A stretch of DNA of 64,000 nt from an uncultured Agathobacter sp. GTDB taxonomy: Bacteria; Bacillota; Clostridia; Lachnospirales; Lachnospiraceae. The notes under the pieces are model-generated. The model made no database searches. It was not told the DNA's origin and saw only the letters and a program-made list of their open reading frames with translations. Position numbers and translations under genes: made by a program. Shown in pieces: positions 59,971 to 64,000 of this stretch. Location: the NCBI GenBank assembly GCA_910587655.1, contig CAJUND010000011.1, forward strand, positions 58,425 through 122,424, in the 5' to 3' direction. Positions within the stretch are counted from its first letter, which is position 1. Each line of letters starts with the position of its first letter.

Positions 59971-61062
59971 ATGAGTGAGAAATTAAAGGTTGGTATCCTT
60001 GGGGGCACCGGAATGGTAGGACAGAGATTTATTTCATTACTGGAGAATCACCCGTGGTTTGAGGTTACCACGATTGCAGCCAGTCCGAGAAGTGCAGGAA
60101 AAACCTACGAGGAAGCAGTAGGGGGCCGCTGGAAGATGGATACCCCGATGCCGGATGCAGTGAAAAAAATTGTCGTTATGAATGTCAATGAAGTTGACAA
60201 GGTTGCTTCAAATGTTGACTTTGTTTTTTCAGCGGTTGACATGTCAAAGGATGAGATTAAAAAGATAGAAGAAGAATATGCGAAAACAGAGACTCCGGTC
60301 GTATCCAATAACAGTGCACACCGCTGGACACCGGATGTACCAATGGTTGTTCCGGAAATCAACCCGCAGCATATGGAGGTTATCAAATACCAGAAAGAGC
60401 GTCTTGGCACCAAACGCGGCTTCGTGGCAGTAAAACCAAACTGCTCCATCCAGAGCTATGCGCCGGTTCTTACCGCATGGAAGGAATTTGAGCCGTATGA
60501 AGTGGTTGCAAGTACTTACCAGGCAATTTCGGGCGCAGGCAAGACCTTTAAGGACTGGCCGGAGATGGTGGGCAATATTATTCCGTATATCGGCGGGGAA
60601 GAGGAGAAATCCGAAAAAGAGCCGCTTCGCCTCTGGGGTGAAATTGATGACAGCAAAAAAGAAATTGTTCCGGCAGTATCCCCGGTGATTACCTGCCAGT
60701 GCATTCGTGTTCCGGTTTTAAACGGTCATACGGCATCGGTATATGTGAAGTTTAAGAAGAAGGCAACCAAAGAACAGCTTGTTTCGGCACTGGAAAATTT
60801 CAGCGGAATGCCGCAGGAACTTGGACTGCCAAGCGCGCCAAAGCAGTTTATCCGCTATCTGACGGATGATGACCGTCCGCAGGTTGCGCTGGATGTGGAT
60901 TATGAGAATGGAATGGGCGTTTCCGTGGGACGTCTCCGTGAGGATACGGTTTATGACTGGAAGTTTGTCGGCCTGTCCCACAATACCGTGCGCGGCGCTG
61001 CCGGCGGTGCTGTGCTTTGTGCAGAGCTGTTAAAGGCGCAGGGATACATTACAAAAAAGTAG
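59971..61062 (+). CDS. asd: Aspartate-semialdehyde dehydrogenase
   Basis: GGTGMVGQRF, KPNCS catalytic Cys, YQAISGAG, HNTVRGAAGG. Confidence 0.95.
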   Translation: MSEKLKVGILGGTGMVGQRFISLLENHPWFEVTTIAASPRSAGKTYEEAVGGRWKMDTPMPDAVKKIVVMNVNEVDKVASNVDFVFSAVDMSKDEIKKIEEEYAKTETPVVSNNSAHRWTPDVPMVVPEINPQHMEVIKYQKERLGTKRGFVAVKPNCSIQSYAPVLTAWKEFEPYEVVASTYQAISGAGKTFKDWPEMVGNIIPYIGGEEEKSEKEPLRLWGEIDDSKKEIVPAVSPVITCQCIRVPVLNGHTASVYVKFKKKATKEQLVSALENFSGMPQELGLPSAPKQFIRYLTDDDRPQVALDVDYENGMGVSVGRLREDTVYDWKFVGLSHNTVRGAAGGAVLCAELLKAQGYITKK

Positions 61063-61087
61063 TATAGTGGCAGAATAATTTTATATC

Positions 61088-61120
61088 AGGACCGCAGAGT
61101 GTTAATCTGCGGTCTTTTTT
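61088..61120 (+). terminator. Rho-independent terminator after asd
   Basis: GACCGCAGA / TCTGCGGTC stem followed by T6. Confidence 0.85.
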
Positions 61121-61121
61121 C

Positions 61122-61150
61122 TTGAAAGTGAAATTAAGGTGTGATATAAT
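61122..61150 (+). promoter_or_regulatory. sigmaA-type promoter of the ATPase-topB unit
   Basis: TTGAAA-17 bp-TATAAT with TGn extension. Confidence 0.7.
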
Positions 61151-61187
61151 TTTCATAAATGTTTACATATATTTGGAGGAAACGTCT

Positions 61188-62549
61188 ATGAACGTAAAAA
61201 GTACGGATTTAAATGAACTGGAAAGCTTTTATGAGCAGACCGGAAACCAGCTTGTGATTCTGTATGGCAATAAAAACTGCGGAAAAGAAGAGCTGATTAA
61301 GACATTTACGGCAGGAAAAAAGAGCTTTTACTACCGCTGCAGAGAGGCGTCTGCGCAGGAACAGCTCTCCGTTATGGGGGATGAGATTGGAAGACGTTTC
61401 GATGTGAAGCTGTCAAAGAATACCTACGATGAATATTTTAACCGTATTAAGAGCGGGGATGCCTCCAAGCTTGTACTTGTCATTGATGAAGTTCAGTATG
61501 TGATGAAAAAAGATGTGGAATTTTTAAAAAGCATTTTAAAGCTTAAGGCAAAACGGCTTTATCCGGGACCTGTTATGATTATCCTTGCCTCATCCTCCAT
61601 TGTATGGGCGGAACAGAATTTAGAGGAAGCGTTCGGGGAGGAAACCAAAAAAATCACAGGAACCATGAAGCTGGAAAATCTCTCATTTCTTGAAGTAGTG
61701 CGTGCTTTTCCGGATCTTCCGGTCAGTGAATGCATAAAAATTTACGGTGTCATAGGCGGCGTACCCGGTTATATGGCGCAGTGGAATCCGAAAGTTTCTT
61801 TTAAGGAAAATATCTGCCGCCTGCTTCTGGCTGAAAACGGATATCTGTTTGACATGGCGCAGCAGGTGATTTCCTCAGAACTGCGCGAGCTGTCGGTATA
61901 CAATACCATTTTGTCTGCCATGGCACAGGGACATAACAAACTCAATGAACTGTTTCTTTATACCGGTTTTTCCCGTGCAAAAATCAGTGTTTACATGAAA
62001 AACCTGAGTCATTTTGATATCATAGAAAAGGTTGTTTCCTTTGAAACCGGCGGATGGGAAAATGCAAAAAAAGGCGTTTACCAGATTAAAGACACCTTTG
62101 TGAATTTCTGGTTCCGTTTTATTTTCCTGCATCTTTCCGAGCTGTATATGATGGAGCCGTCGGATTTTTATGACAAATATATTGCAGACGAACTGGATGA
62201 GTACCTGATACGTTATTTCCGGAATGTCTGCATGGAATACCTGCAGCTTTTAAACCAGCTGGGGCGTGTTCCGTTTGCCATTCACAAAATGGGTATGTGG
62301 ATCGGCAAGACAGGAAATATTGATATTATTGCCCAGAGCAGCGACAGACGCAATATTGTCGGTCTCTGCAACTGGAATAAAGAATATTTAACGATGCAGA
62401 TGTGCGAGGAAATGTATGAAACTATGCAGAAAGCAAAAATCAATTCCGAGCATTTTTATCTTTTTTCTGCAAAAGCATTTGAGCCGGAGCTGGTGGAATA
62501 TGTGAGAAAAGATTCACGCTTTGAGCTGATTGACATGACGGAATTATAG
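61188..62549 (+). CDS. Archaeal-ATPase/DUF234-type protein with degenerate motifs
   Basis: ILYG...GK, VLVIDE, GGVPGY, D.FVNFWFRFI, W...IDII; GGAGG RBS before ATG 61188. Confidence 0.75.
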   Translation: MNVKSTDLNELESFYEQTGNQLVILYGNKNCGKEELIKTFTAGKKSFYYRCREASAQEQLSVMGDEIGRRFDVKLSKNTYDEYFNRIKSGDASKLVLVIDEVQYVMKKDVEFLKSILKLKAKRLYPGPVMIILASSSIVWAEQNLEEAFGEETKKITGTMKLENLSFLEVVRAFPDLPVSECIKIYGVIGGVPGYMAQWNPKVSFKENICRLLLAENGYLFDMAQQVISSELRELSVYNTILSAMAQGHNKLNELFLYTGFSRAKISVYMKNLSHFDIIEKVVSFETGGWENAKKGVYQIKDTFVNFWFRFIFLHLSELYMMEPSDFYDKYIADELDEYLIRYFRNVCMEYLQLLNQLGRVPFAIHKMGMWIGKTGNIDIIAQSSDRRNIVGLCNWNKEYLTMQMCEEMYETMQKAKINSEHFYLFSAKAFEPELVEYVRKDSRFELIDMTEL

Positions 62550-62557
62550 GAGTTGCC

Positions 62558-64000
62558 ATGGGGAAATCGTTAATCATTACGGAGAAACCATCCGTTGCAA
62601 GGGAATTTGCCCAGGTACTCGGTGTAAACGGCAGGCAGGACGGTTACATAGAAAACCAGGAATATGTAATCACCTGGTGTGTCGGACATCTGGTGGGGAT
62701 GGTATATCCGGAAAGTTATGATATCAAATATAAGAAATGGCGGCTGGAAGATTTGCCGTTTTTGCCCGAAGAATACAAATATGATGTGATCAAGGATGTC
62801 AGCAGACAGTATGATATTGTGCACGGCATGCTGATGCGGGAGGACATTGACCGTGTTTACTGGGCGGGGGACGCCGGAAAAGAAGGGCAGACCATTGAAG
62901 AGAATATACGCAATTTCGGCGGTGTACGAACAGGCATGGAAGAGCTGCGTGTATGGATTGATTCCCAGACACAGGAGGAAATCCTGCGCGGAATCAGGGA
63001 AGCAAAACCCATGTCAGAATACGCAAACCTCGGTAAATCCGGAATTATGCGTACCATAGAGGATTATGCCATGGGAATCAACTTTTCCCGTGTCATGTCT
63101 GTGAAATACGGCGGTCTGTTAAATGATGCCGCAGGAACAAAATCTTACACGGCAATTGCAGTGGGACGTGTCATGACCTGTGTGCTTGGCATGGTGGTAA
63201 TCAGGGAGCGTGAAATCCAGGACTTTAAGGAAACGCCGTTTTACCGTGTCATCGGGAAATTTTCAGACGCCGGAATTGAAGGGGAATGGAAAGCCGTGGA
63301 GGGCTCGGCATATTATGAGTCCACACTTTTATATAAAGAAAATGGTTTTCGTGAAGAGAAGGATGCAAATGAGCTGATTGGACAGCTGCAGAATAAAAAG
63401 GCTGTTGTGAAATCCCTGGAAAAAGGAACCAGCAAAAAACGGGCGCCCCTTCTCTTTAATCTTGCAGAGCTTCAGGCGGAATGTGCCAAACGCTTCAAAA
63501 TCAGTCCCGATGAAACACTTCAGGCTGCACAGGAGCTTTATGAAAAGAAACTGACTACCTATCCAAGAACAGATGCAAGAGTCCTTTCTTCCGCCGTCGC
63601 AAAAGAAATCCAGAAAAATATCAGCAGACTGCGGGGCTTTGAGCCAGTGGCTGCATTCGTCCAGAAAATCATGGAGCAGAAGCTCTTTGCACAGATTGCA
63701 AAAACACAGTATGTGGATGACAGCAAAGTCACAGACCACTATGCAATTATTCCCACCGGACAGATGACAGAATATAAATCTTTAAACACGATTCAAAAAG
63801 CTGTTTATGAGCTGATTGTACGCAGATTTTTGAGTGTTTTTTATCCTCCGGCGGAATACCGGAATGTAAAGCTGGTGGTTGCTGTTGCCATGGGGGAAAA
63901 GACAGAGCATTTTTATTCCTCTGCAAAAGTTTTAAAAACTCCGGGATATCTGGAAATTGCGGGAATCCCGCCCAAAAGAGGGAAAAATGACCCGAATAAT
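62558..64000 (+). CDS. topB: DNA topoisomerase III (type IA), runs off the 3' end; absent from the ORF track
   Basis: Own translation: MGKSLIITEKPSVA, TWCVGHL, AGDAGKEG, VGRVMT, LYEKKLTTYPRTD, VTDHYAIIPT. Confidence 0.92.
   Translation, partial: MGKSLIITEKPSVAREFAQVLGVNGRQDGYIENQEYVITWCVGHLVGMVYPESYDIKYKKWRLEDLPFLPEEYKYDVIKDVSRQYDIVHGMLMREDIDRVYWAGDAGKEGQTIEENIRNFGGVRTGMEELRVWIDSQTQEEILRGIREAKPMSEYANLGKSGIMRTIEDYAMGINFSRVMSVKYGGLLNDAAGTKSYTAIAVGRVMTCVLGMVVIREREIQDFKETPFYRVIGKFSDAGIEGEWKAVEGSAYYESTLLYKENGFREEKDANELIGQLQNKKAVVKSLEKGTSKKRAPLLFNLAELQAECAKRFKISPDETLQAAQELYEKKLTTYPRTDARVLSSAVAKEIQKNISRLRGFEPVAAFVQKIMEQKLFAQIAKTQYVDDSKVTDHYAIIPTGQMTEYKSLNTIQKAVYELIVRRFLSVFYPPAEYRNVKLVVAVAMGEKTEHFYSSAKVLKTPGYLEIAGIPPKRGKNDPNN

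Noticed and set aside
62570..63767. Short ORFs listed at the window end
   Set aside because: All overlap the topB frame starting at 62558, which the track omits because it has no stop inside the window

Overview
Chromosomal window from a spore-forming Clostridia-type bacterium (Lachnospiraceae-like gene content). It opens with the end of metA and glgCD. Next is the conserved Firmicutes block asp23(yqhY)-nusB-xseAB-ispA-dxs-tlyA-nadK-argR-recN-spoIVB. That block normally runs straight into spo0A, but here about 35 kb separates spoIVB from spo0A. The intervening DNA holds two envelope-modification-like membrane proteins and a complete monoderm type IV pilus locus: MshEN-type PilB, PilT, PilC, two paralogous major pilins split by a heptad-repeat gene, PilD, a PilMN fusion, PilO, four minor pilins (three very large) and a 1620-aa secreted DUF5057-like protein. 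It also holds a signalling operon: intact REC-HD-GYP, PAS kinase with a His-less Hpt-like tail, degenerate REC-HD-GYP, and cheR-cheB-cheY-cheA-cheW-mcp. After spo0A come glgA, a DUF5688-like gene, potABCD, tRNA-Thr(CGT), an HD protein, queH, argH, asd, an apparently doubly degenerate ATPase/DUF234 protein and the start of topB. The best candidate for an undescribed system is the pilus + c-di-GMP + chemosensory module docked on spo0A. All family assignments come from reading motifs by eye; no searches were run.
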